Assembly (NCBI GenBank): GCA_950097015.1 | Contig: CATNEN010000032.1 | Location: 124,001-188,000, forward strand | Direction: 5' to 3' | From: Macrostomum hystrix | Taxonomy: Eukaryota; Animalia; Platyhelminthes | Length of the DNA: 64,000 nt | Shown: positions 42,869 to 54,165 of the stretch, in pieces | Layout of the letters: the number at the start of each line of letters is the position of its first letter | How positions within the stretch are numbered: position 1 is the stretch's first letter | Made by a program: the position numbers and the translations under genes | Notes under the pieces: model-generated | Databases searched by the model: none | Told to the model about the DNA's origin: nothing | The model's input: only the letters and a program-made list of their open reading frames with translations

Positions 42869-45800
42869 TCAGTAGCCAATCAGATCCTTGATGGCTGCCA
42901 GGCAGCGGCGCTGATTGGGCAGGTAAAAGTTCTCAAAGATGTGCGGAAACGGAGTGTCGTGTCCGGTCACGCGGCGCACGGGAGCCTCCAGGTTGAGGAA
43001 GCAGTGCTCCTGCACCGAGGCGGCGAGCTCAGCCCCGAAGCCGCCTGTGAGCGGCGCCTCGTGAGCGATCAGGCAGCGGCCCGTCTTGCGGACGGAGGCG
43101 TAGACTGTCTCCTCATCGAAGGGCAGGATGGTGCGCAGGTCTATGAGCTCGCAGGAGACGCCCAGCTCGGATTGGGCCAGGCGCGCAACCTCACGGAGCA
43201 CGTGAACCTGGAATAGACGAGATAATTTGAGCGTATAGCAACCACAACCATAGAACCCCATAGCAACAAAAAAGCACTTTAGCAACCACAGAAACACTAG
43301 CAACAACAGAAATATAGCAACCACAGAAACATCATAGCAACCGCAGAATCATCATAGCAACCGCAGAAACATCATAGCAACCACAGAAACATCATAGCAA
43401 CCACAGAAACATCATAGCAACCACAGTAACATCATAGCAACCACAGAATCATCATAGCAACCGCAGAAACATCATAGCAACCACAGAAACATCAAAGCAA
43501 CCACAGAAATATCATAGCAGCCACAGAAACATCATAGCAACCACAGAAACATCATAGCAACCACAGAATCATCATAGCAACCGCAGAAACATCATAGCAA
43601 CCACAGAAACATCATAGCAACCACAGAAATATCATAGCAGCCGCAGAAACATCAAAGCAACCGCAGAAACACCATAGCAACGACGAAAACGTACCAATGG
43701 AACTTCAGAAACGCAAAAGGAGCTACATAAACGACTTGACAAGCACAAAAGCACACGAAAACAAACAGCAAGAGCAATTGCTAATGCACATAGCAACTAC
43801 AAAAAGGTACAATTTGCATCGCAAACCTGAGTTCCGTAACCAATCAGGGTGACATCGCTGCCCTCGATGAGCACCTCAGCCTTGCCGATTGGCAGAACGT
43901 AGCCGTTAACTGGCACATCTTCCACAGCCGATCGATATAGTATCTTGGGCTCAAAATAGAAGCACGGATCCGGATCGTTGATGCAGGCCAGTAGGAGGCC
44001 CTTGGCCTGGATTGGGCCGCGCGGTATCACCACCTTGATGCCTGGCAGGTGAGCAAAGAAGCCCTCAGGACTCTGGCTGTGATACAGAGCTCCGTGGCCA
44101 ACCGCACCGATTGGAGCCCGCACAGTGAGGGAGCCGCAGTTGAAGTGGTTGCCGGACCGGTATCGATACTTGGCCGCCTCGTTCGCTATCTGATCGAAGG
44201 CCGGGAAGATGTAGTCTCCAAACTGGATCTCGGCGATGGTGGTGGCGCCCGCCACCGCGTGCCCGATGGCGAAGCCGACGATGCCCTGCAATCAAGTTTT
44301 TTTACGATGAAGGCCCGATGAAAAAAATGCTGAAAATTAGTTCTGCTGCTCCAATTAGTAGGATTTGAGCAGCCTGGGACTGGGATTTGAGAGGCTTGTA
44401 AGATTTGAGTTGATTAGGATTTGAGAAACGTTTGTGAAAGTTTGTGAAACGGTTTTAGAAGATTGTGATTAAGATAATAAGAGTCTGCGATTGGGATTTT
44501 AGTAAAGAGGATTTGAGAAGTTCGTGATTGGGATATGAGATGCTTATTGCTGGGATCTGAGCAGCCTCACCTGTTCACTAAGCGGAGTATTAAAGACTCT
44601 ATCTTTGCCGTACTTGTCCTTGAGCCCAACTGTGCAACGAAACACTCCGCCGAAGGCGACATCCTCGCCGAAAACCACAGCCGAGGGATCGTTGGCCAAG
44701 GTGTTGTCCAGCGCGGAAGTGATGGCCTGAAACAGATTCATCTTGCTGGTCTCGCCAAGAGATTTGTCTGCGGACTCCGGCGTGTAGACAAACTGCGGAC
44801 CGAACGACAGGCACCGTCGATTAGGCGAAGCGACCTCCAGGCAGGCGGGAGCCAGCCGGGATAGCAGGCACCGGCTGCTGCCGGCTAGCAGGGAGGCGAT
44901 GGGCAGCTGCGGAACGGCGGGCGGAAGACCTTTGGGTTTACTCTCAGTCAGTCTCACTCGTTATCTGTTTAGCCAGCTCACTCGTTATCTGTTCAGTCAG
45001 TCTCACTCGTTATCTGTTCAGCCAGCTCACTCGTTATCTGTTCAGCCAGCTCACTCGTTATCTGTTCAGCCAGCTCACTTGTTATCTGTTCAGTCAGTCT
45101 CACTCGTTATCTGTTCAGCCAGCTCACTCGTTATCTGTTCAGTCAGTCTCACTCGTTATCTGTTCAGTCAGTCTCACTTGTTATCTGTTCAGCCAGCTCA
45201 CTCGTTATCTGTTCAGTCAGTCTCACTTGTTATCTGTTCAGCCAGCTCACTCGTTATCTGTTCAGCCAGCTCACTTGTTATCTGTTCAGCCAGTCTCACT
45301 CGTTATCTGTTCAGTCAGTCTCACTTGTTATCTGTTCAGCCAGCTCACTCGTTATCTGTTCAGTCAGTCTCACTCGTTATCTGTTCAGCCAGCTCACTCG
45401 TTATCTGTTTAGCCAGCTCACTCGTTATCTGTTCAGTCAGTCTCACTCGTTATCTGTTCAGCCAGCTCACTCGTTATCTGTTCAGCCAGCTCACTCGTTA
45501 TCTGTTCAGCCAGCTCACTTGTTATCTGTTCAGTCAGTCTCACTCGTTATCTGTTCAGCCAGCTCACTCGTTATCTGTTCAGTCAGTCTCACTCGTTATC
45601 TGTTCAGTCAGTCTCACTTGTTATCTGTTCAGCCAGCTCACTCGTTATCTGTTCAGTCAGTCTCACTTGTTATCTGTTCAGCCAGCTCACTCGTTATCTG
45701 TTCAGCCAGCTCACTTGTTATCTGTTCAGCCAGTCTCACTCATTATCTGTTCAGCCAGCTCACTTGTTATCTGTTCAGCCAGTCTCACTCGTTATCTGTT

Positions 45801-47041
45801 CAGCCAGCTCACTCGTTATCTGTTCAGTCAGTCTCACTTGTTATCTGTTCAGCCAGTCTCACTCGTTATCTGTTCAGCCAGCTCACTCGTTATCTGTTCA
45901 GTCAGTCTCACTCGTTATCTGTTCAGTCAGTCTCACTCGTTATCTGTTCAGCCAGCTCACTCGTTATCTGTTCAGCCAGCTCACTTGTTATCTGTTCAGC
46001 CAGTCTCAGTCGTTATCTGTTCAGCCAGCTCACTTGTTATCTGTTCAGCCAGCTCACTCGTTATCTGTTCAGCCAGCTCACTTGTTATCTGTTCAGTCAG
46101 GCTCACTCGTTATCTGTTCAGTCAGTCTCACTCGTTATCTGTTCAGCCAGGCTCACTTGTTATCTGTTCAGTCAGTCTCACTCGTTATCTGTTCAGCCAG
46201 CTCACTTGTTATCTGTTCAGTCAGGCTCACTCGTTATCTGTTCAGCCAGCTCACTCGTTATCTGTTCAGCCAGCTCACTCGTTATCTGTTCAGCCAGTCT
46301 CACTCGTTCTGTTCAGCCAGCTCACTTGTTATCTGTTCAGCCAGCTCACTTGTTATCTGTTCAGTCAGTCTCACTCGTTATCTGTTCAGCCAGCTCACTT
46401 GTTATCTGTTCAGTCAGGCTCACTCGTTATCTGTTCAGCCAGCTCACTCGTTATCTGTTCAGCCAGCTCACTTGTTATCTGTTCAGTCAGGCTCACTCGT
46501 TATCTGTTCAGTCAGTCTCACTCGTTATCTGTTCAGCCAGGCTCACTTGTTATCTGTTCAGTCAGTCTCACTCGTTATCTGTTCAGCCAGCTCACTTGTT
46601 ATCTGTTCAGTCAGGCTCACTCGTTATCTGTTCAGCCAGCTCACTCGTTATCTGTTCAGCCAGCTCACTTGTTATCTGTTCAGCCAGCTCACTCGTTATC
46701 TGTTCAGCCAGCTCACTCGTTATCTGTTCAGCCAGCTCACTCGTTATCTGTTCAGCCAGCTCACTCGTTATCTGTTCAATCCCTATCCCTTCAGGGAATT
46801 ACAATTTGTTACAAAATACACTAACTGACTTAGGTAACCAATTAGGAATCGTCTAATTTATTCTAGCAAACTGATTTAGTAGTGAAACAATATTTCTTCC
46901 TACACAAAAGCAGAAGAAAGTAATATAGAAAGAACAGTTAATCAAATAAAATTCAAACAAACTATCTAATATCTCGGCTGATCGCAGCTTACCGCGTTTA
47001 TAAATCCATATTTGAATAAAACCAAAGAGCACGCAGAGCAT
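42869..47041 (-). CDS. BCKDHB: Branched-chain 2-oxoacid dehydrogenase E1 beta subunit, ~401 aa
   Basis: Exons 47041-46993 (tentative first exon, phase 1), 44929-44571, 44285-43827 and 43207-42869. Motifs [69 protein letters not shown]. Confidence 0.95.
43250..43685. repeat. 20-bp minisatellite, ~20 copies, in BCKDHB intron 3
   Basis: Unit ATCATAGCAACCACAGAAAC. Confidence 0.92.
44945..46778. repeat. 24/25-bp minisatellite, ~75 copies, in BCKDHB intron 1
   Basis: Mixed units CAGCCAGCTCACTCGTTATCTGTT and CAGTCAGTCTCACTCGTTATCTGTT. They produce spurious ORFs 44899-46824 and others. Confidence 0.95.
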
Positions 47042-47388
47042 GGATAGGACACGAAGCGTAAATGAAAAAAGCAAACGCACAGTGCCGCAGCCTACTGACA
47101 GTAGAAGATTGCGAGTATTAGAATTTGCAAATGCAATTATGACAAAGGCTTGCGAGAGCTACGGGGAACGTGCGAGTAAGATCAGTGCTAAAAATATACG
47201 CATAAAATACAAGTATTAATCTAAGAGCTACGGAGCAAAGCAATATGTAACTTAGGCGAGCGAATAAGGAATGACCTTAAATGACACTGGGCTTCAAGTG
47301 CTTTGCTGTTACATTAGACAGTCTTTGCAGCACCAGACTTAGTGGCGAAAATATCCCAATAGAAAACTATCCCATTAAACACGGATGG

Positions 47389-50300
47389 CTAGCAGTGGAT
47401 TCCCAGGCACTTTTTCAGCACCCGCTTCTCCATCGGGTTGTGATGCTGGGCGAAGCTGGAATAGAAGGGCTGCTGCGACAGGCGAGTGAGAAAGTCGCCC
47501 AGGTGTTGGCGCAAGTCGACTCCGTTGACCGGATCGGCGGCCACATCCGGATCGTCGTCTTCGGCTTCGTCGCCGAACAGGTCGCCAACGCCGCCACAAG
47601 CTCCGTCGACATCGCCGGTCCGAGACGCCGAGGCTTGGATCAGCTGCTGAAAGTAGTCAGCGCCGCCGCCTCGACCATCGTCGTCTTCCTCTTCATTGTC
47701 GTCTGCCCCATTTTCGTCCCCAACCACGCCATCGTCTTCTTCGTCATCCTCATCGTCCGCTTCGTCGACAAGGCCAGCAGCTGCGTCGGCGCTGCGAGCG
47801 GCCGCAGCTTCGGCTAGTTCAGCCTGATGACTGAGCTCGTTAATGAGCAGCTTGTAGATTTTAACCACTGCTGGAATCTGCTTGAACTCTTGCTTGCCGG
47901 CCCGACGGGTGGAGCGCTGACCAGTGTCCACCTGAGAGGGGCATTGGTCCTATATTAGTGAATGCAGCCTATGAAACAGCTCTAGTTCTACTACAAGTAG
48001 AATCAATAACATTAATGCACTATTTTTTTTCTCAATCCATCAAGTCTATTATTGTTCTATCATTGTTAGAATGATTTTCTTTTACTGCATAAATACGACT
48101 GCAATCTACGAAGTCTACAAGCCCTAAGTCTCTTACCCTAATCCCTAAGTCTCTTACCCTAAACCCTACGACTCTTACCTTAACCCCTACGTCTGTTCAC
48201 CATAATCCCTACATCTCTTCGCCTAATCCCTACATCTCTTCGCCTAATCCCTACATCTCTTCGCCTAATCCCTACATCTCTTCGCCTAATCCCTGCGTCT
48301 CTTTTCCCTAATTCCTTCGTCTCTTCTCCCTAATCTCTACGTCTCTTCTCCCTAACCTCTACGTCTCTTCTCCCTAATCCCTACGTCTCTTCTCCCTAAT
48401 CTCTACGTCTCTTCTCCCTAATCTCTACGTCTCTTCTCCCTAATCCCTACGTCTCTTCTCCCTAATCCCTACGTCTCTTCTCACTAATCCCTACGTCTCT
48501 TACCTCCAATCCATGTTTTATCTGTCTAATGCCTTTTCCCTAATCCCTTATCTATCTTCTCCGTAATCCGAATATATCATACTGAATGTTCGAGTATCAG
48601 GCCTCACCGGGTCGCCATCCAGCATGACAGTCTGCAGGGCCGGATTGTCAGTCCTGATGCAGTAGTCCAGCAGAGCAGTGAGCGCCATCACTGTCACCCG
48701 AAGCTGATAAGCGCCAAAGAACAGATGCTGGCGAGACAGCCAACAGCGAATTAGCTGCTCCAGGGCTGGCCGGCCGCGACTATCCGGCGTGACAGTCAAG
48801 AAGCTGACAAAATGATCCGGATGATGCAGGCACAGCTGGCTGAACACCAGGATGACACTCTGGGCTACGGTGAGGGTCTCCGTGGCCAGCAGTTTGCTCA
48901 GGCACGCTCTGAGGATGAGATCCAGCTGACCGCCCGGAGCCAGATCGCTGCTCAGCCGGGAAAAGATGACGCATACCAGCATCCCGACCTCGGAGCTGGC
49001 AGCTTCTGGTGCCTGACTGCCCAGCAAGCGGAGCAGGCAGGACACTAGAAGGTCCAGGCCGCTGGCCTGGCTGTGCGGATGCCGGTACTGGCGGATCAGG
49101 TCGGCTGCCACCGAGACTAGGGCGCGAAGGCATTCGCCGCTGTTCTGCAGCACGGCGCTATCGTCACTGCACTGAGCGACCTGGCAGACTAGGGGCAGGG
49201 CGCACTGGACCAGATCCGGCGGACATGGACAGGCCTCGCCTTGGCCGCAGCCACGAATCAGCACTTTTAGGACGTCGATTGCTATCGCCGTCAGGGGGCC
49301 GACGTCCGACTTGGCGGCCATCCCACCGCTGCCTACCCCGCCGCTTGCATCCGAGACGGCATCCTGCGCATGAGAGGAGTTAGGGACGCTTTGAAAACCA
49401 AGATGTCACCCAATAAGTAAGGCTACATAGAAGGGGAGAAGGCAGACGCCAATCAGAAAAGCTGTATGGAAGAGAAGGCAGCTAATCAGAAAAGCTGTCT
49501 GGAAGAGAAGGCAGCCAATCAGAAAAGCTGTCTGGAAGAGAAGGCAGCCAATCAGAAAAGCTGTCTGGAAGAGAAGGCAGCCAATCAGAAAAGCTGTCTG
49601 GAAGAGAAGGCAGCCAATCAGAAAAACTGTCTGGAAGAGAAGGCAGCCAATCAGAAAAACTGTCTGGAAGAGAAGGCAGCCAATCAGAAAAACTGTATGG
49701 AAGAGGAGTAGGGTGTTAATCAGAGAGACCGTAAATAATGTGAAGATGGTAAACAGAGCCTCATTAGTGCACACACTGCGGAGGGCTCCTCCTTGCGCCG
49801 GACGTAGGCCTGCAGGATGTTGCACATCGGCGGCAGCAGTCTCTGTCGCAGGGCATCGCGACAGGCTGGATTTCCGGCCAGCTGCGTGAACACATCCAGG
49901 CACAGGTCCACCAGCACCGGATCTGAGTAGAACTTCAGCAGCATGGCCAGGGCTAGAGGCCCCAGCTGGCCTTCGAAACCGGCAGTGATGCGCGGATCGA
50001 TGGGCAGGGCGAAGCACAGGCTCTCCATGCAGAGGCATTTCACTTCGTGACCTTGCGTGAAGGCCAGAGATGTAAGGCCGTGAAATATCTGAGCTAGGTG
50101 CGGCTTCAGGAGGGCCTCCTGCGCAAAATGCAAACATGCGATCAGTGATCACGCATTGGAGCATAGAATTATGCATGTCAAATATGTAGAATACAATTTC
50201 ATTTTTGTTATAAATTATAGTCTAGCTATTCTACTTAGCTAAGCAGAAACCTAACCAAGTGGAATCTAACTAACAAGAATCGGCTAAACAAGAACCGGCT

Positions 50301-53300
50301 AAACAAGAACCGGCTAAACAAGAACCGGCTAAACAAGAACCGGCTAAACAAGAACCGGCTAAACAAGAATCGGCTAAACAAGAATCTGACTTCCTGGAAG
50401 CAGCTAAACAAGAATCGGACTAACTGGAATCGGCTAAACAAGAATCAGACTTCCTGGAAGCAGCTAAACAAGAATCAGACTAACTGGAATCGGCTAAACA
50501 AGAATCTGACTAACTGGAATCGCCTAAACAAGAATCTGACTAACTGGAATCGGCTAAACAAGAATCTGACTAACTGGAATCGGATAAACAAGAATCTGAC
50601 TAACTGGAATCGGATAAACAGAATCAGACTAAATGGAATCGGATAAACAAGAATCAGACTAACTGGAATCGACTATGACTCACCTGTCCGACCGATTTGA
50701 GATAATCGCAGTAGCACATGACAGCCCTGGCGGCGCACACCCGAACGCTGATCGGTCGCTGGTCGGAGAGCGCAGCGGCGGTGGCATTTAACAATCCAGG
50801 CAGATGCTGAGGCGGGGTGTACAATGCGAAACGGCCGGCGCACCAGAGCGCCCGGCCCTGCAGGAAAGGATAGTCGGCCTCCTGCAGAGAAGGTATGAGC
50901 AACTGCTCAACGAAGGCCACGGTGTCAAAGCCGGCAGCGGAGGTAGTTAGCAGTTTACGCGACGTGCCCAGTGCTAGTAGCAGGGCCTCGCAACGGCGCC
51001 ACCAGTTGAGATCACCGTTTGCGCGCAATTTATCTAGATCTTCTCGCAATCGACAATAGGCGCGGACTAGCGCGCCGGCCGTGGATTTAGCCAGGTCGCC
51101 GCGCAGAGCGTCCAGTAGCGATTGGGCGGAGGCGCGAACCTGCGCGTTGGAAATCATAATTTCAATGGTATTTTACTTGGCGCTTGCTCTAGACAAGCTA
51201 CTGTAAGTAATCTGGTGGGGTTTTAATAGGTCCAATTGGACTTTTGAATAGGTCCAGTTGGACTTTTAAATAGGTCCAGTTGGACTTTTGAATAGGTCCA
51301 GTTGGACTTTTAAATAGGTCCAGTTGGACTTTTAAATAGGTCCAGTTGGACTTTTAAATAGGTCCAGTTGGACTTTTGAATAGGTCCAGTTGGACTTTTG
51401 AATAGGTCCAGTTGGATTTTTGAATAGGTCCAGTTGGACTTTTGAATAGGTCCAGTTGGACTTTTGAATAGGTCCAGTTGGACTTTTGAATAGGTCCAGT
51501 TGGACTTTTGAATAGGTACAGTTTTGCTCCAGGCTTTTTTAAATCTCGCCATACGCGACATGCAAATGGTATGGTGGTTTTAGGGTGAAAATTTATAAAT
51601 AAAGGAACAACAGCTTGCGTATAAAAGTGCACAGTTCGTACCGAATAAGCCGTACTCTCAAGCTCCTCTTCGGCCACAAACTTGTCGGGGTTCTCTTGCC
51701 AGTCGAGTGTGTCGCACTGTCTAATCTGCATTAGCAGCACCAGGTAGACCAGCAGGTCGTCTAAACTAGTTTTTAAATCGGCGCGAAATTTAGCCGAAGA
51801 CAGCATAGCTTCAACAAAGTCAAAGAGACCGTAGCAGACGGTTTGAATGCTCAACTCGCCACCCTCGGAGTCCGCCGCCTCCTCTTCTATGCAGTCGGAT
51901 TCGACGGCCTGCCGGAGGTAGGCCTGGGCACTATGGACTAGGGTGCGCCACACAGCCGGTAGCAGGTGGGACTTGTAGGGCGCCAGGTAGCTGGGATAAT
52001 GAGACACCAGACTGGTTAGCAGGCCAAGGAGCTCCTTGCGAAGGCGATAGCCGCAAGCCGGAGACTCCAGCTGCGCCATGGCTGACGGGATTAGATCCTC
52101 TAGGAATGGCTGCACGCACTGGGCGGACAGAGCTGAGGATTAGATAGAGAAGAGTGGCACATATTTATTTCCTCTTGGGATTTCCTTTGTTCCCTACATC
52201 CAAGTTCGAGGGTGAGTGGCAGAACGGTTGACGCGTTTGCCTCTCGCACCAAGGTCCTTGAGACAAGGCAATTTACGCCCTTGAGGGCCAACCTCCAAGG
52301 CACAGTACAGAGAAAGTGTACACTGCCTGACGATGAGAAAGTAAAGGCAAATGTACACACCTGTGTGAGCGTGTGCCTGTGTACGGTATCTGTGTGCGTG
52401 TGCGCAGGAGTCAGTGGAATGGGCAGAGTTGCCTCCTCGCTGGCTGCAGGTCTACTGTTACCAAAGGATTTACCGTTGCCCGCAGCTCTCATGCAATCAT
52501 TACGATTAATCCTACACACTTACTAAAATCAAAATCTGACTTACCCGACTGGTCGCACTGTCCGACAAAGGTCAGTAGCGTTGCCATAGTGACGGCTGCG
52601 CGAGCGCGCACGCCGGGCGGAAACTGATCCGGACTGGCCAGTACGGCCAGCAGGTGCGGCATAATGACCGGACCCAGCTGTCCGGCCTGCTGCTCGGACA
52701 TCTCTCTGGCCAGCTCTTGAAGGACGCGCAGCGCGCCGTGCACACTGGGACCCTCCCGTCGGCTTAGCAAGTCGATGAGTGCGTCAAACAGGCCCGGCCA
52801 ATCGTCTGGCCAGTCGTTCTGCGCGGCCAGCGCCACGGTTAAGGCGGCGGTGGAGCGTAGGCGAGAGTCGGGCAGGGCGATGGCGCGCAGCAGCTGGTCG
52901 CGCAGGGCGCGCTTGGCGCCTGCCGGCACCGGGGTAGGATTGGCGGCGACGTCTCCAGCGGCGGCGTTGGATGAGATGCCACTGGAGTCAGCTGTATCAG
53001 CCTGGGTGTTATTTTAGCACATAGCAATGCCTAATTATGTAATTAGTACCCAGCATGTAGGAATACAGAGCTCTGTGCCAAGATAATCCCCCTGGTGACA
53101 AGAAATAACCGAGGAAAATATTGAACCAATAATATTGTAGAAGCACGGAATCGCCGCTTTTAGACAGTTCTCAGCCGCAAATATTCTGACTTTACTATTT
53201 TGTAACAATGGGGGGCGAGTGGCAGATCGGTCAAAGCGTTTGCCTCTCGTACCAAGTTCCACGAGTTCCATTCCACGGCGAGGCCACATTAATTTCGGGC

Positions 53301-54165
53301 GCAGCTGCGGAGAGAAGGCTTGGGGGCTTGTCATGCAATTTACGCATTTTTACGAGAGCCAACCTCCTAGGAACAGTGAAAGTGTACACTGCCTGACGAT
53401 GAGAAAGTCAGGGCAGATGTACATACCTGCGTGAGCGTGTGCCTGCTTACAGTATTATTATTATTATACTGTACTAATAAATGTGCGCTTTGAATAAGCT
53501 AGTAAGACAGTTTATGTTGCACTTTTATGCAACACTACAGTTAAAGCTATACGCCATACGGGAATTTTGTTTTGTGGATTAAAGGCCACAAGAGAAAAAA
53601 CCACTTCTGAGCAACATCAAAATTTATCTCCGAATCTCGTAAAATCCTGTATCCTGTTATTCCATCAATATTTTCGTTGCCGGGACTGTGCTAGAGAGTT
53701 GATCAGACAACCTTGATCAGACTGAGACTGAGTAAATTTTCACTGGCAAAAGAGTTAGACGACTTAAGGCTTGGGTGAATTTCCTTGACAATGTCGCTGT
53801 TTAATAGTTAATTTGTCGGTTCAATGGATGGTTCTATGATCAGACATCGCTATTCTAACCAATGAGATGAATATGAAAGCTTGGCAATGAACGAAGCATC
53901 AGTAAAACAGACCAACCTGAATGCCGCACCAGTTCTGAGCCACATACTGTTTAAGCACAACGCCGGCCAATTGTCGAACAGGCGGCGCCACTTGGTCACT
54001 AAGCAACAGATCGGCTAGCGCCGGACCATAGTCGTCCGACTGGGCAAAGCAGGCAAGGCGGGCCTCCTGCTCGCGTGAGCTGCCAGCTGCTAAATCAGCC
54101 AGGCAGGCCAGGAGGGAGTCACGCAGTGCCATGGTTATAGCAGATGCTGGGTTTGCAGACATCAT
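47389..54165 (-). CDS. IPO9: Importin-9 (karyopherin beta family), ~1097 aa
   Basis: Exons 54165-53917, 53001-52545, 52132-51642, 51139-50684, 50118-49777, 49363-48608 and 47931-47389, all phase-consistent. It has an IBN_N motif (VRQLAGVVLKQYVAQNW), then DWPDDWPGLF, WRRCEALLLALG, PFLQGRALWCAGRF, LFFGAYQLRVTVMAL, an acidic loop, and DPDVAADPVNGVDLRQHLGDFL at the C-terminus. Confidence 0.92.
48125..48500. repeat. 22-bp minisatellite in IPO9 intron 6
   Basis: Unit CCCTACGTCTCTTCTCCCTAAT, ~16 degenerate copies. Confidence 0.88.
49450..49705. repeat. 33-bp minisatellite, ~7 copies, in IPO9 intron 5
   Basis: Unit AATCAGAAAAGCTGTCTGGAAGAGAAGGCAGCC. Confidence 0.9.
50240..50670. repeat. 15-bp and derived 30-bp minisatellites in IPO9 intron 4
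   Basis: CTAAACAAGAACCGG x~7, then CTAAACAAGAATCTGACTAACTGGAATCGG x~10. Confidence 0.9.
51225..51517. repeat. 22-bp minisatellite, ~13 copies, in IPO9 intron 3
   Basis: Unit AATAGGTCCAGTTGGACTTTTG, with an internal palindrome GTCCA-GT-TGGAC. Confidence 0.93.
52210..52385 (+). mobile_element. tRNA-derived SINE, copy 4 (internally deleted; IPO9 intron 2, antisense)
   Basis: GGGTGAGTGGCAGAACGGTTGACGCGTTTGCCTCTCGCACCAAGGTCC ... GTGTACACTGCCTGACGATGAGAAAGT ... GTGAGCGTGTGCCTG. Confidence 0.78.
53210..53467 (+). mobile_element. tRNA-derived SINE, copy 5 (apparently full length, (TAT)n tail; IPO9 intron 1, antisense)
   Basis: A-box-like GTGGCAGATCGGT, degenerate B box GAGTTCCATTCC, the shared body, a 3' hairpin and a TATTATTATTATTAT tail at 53453-53467. 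Confidence 0.8.

Noticed and set aside
48125-48500. Interstitial telomeric repeat
   Set aside because: TTAGGG occurs only once per 22-bp unit on the minus strand, not as a tandem hexamer.
53385-53412. Minimal hammerhead in the SINE (CTGACGA-TGA-GAAA)
   Set aside because: A 3-nt stem II is impossible and there is no stem III or NUH. The segment instead pairs as a simple hairpin.
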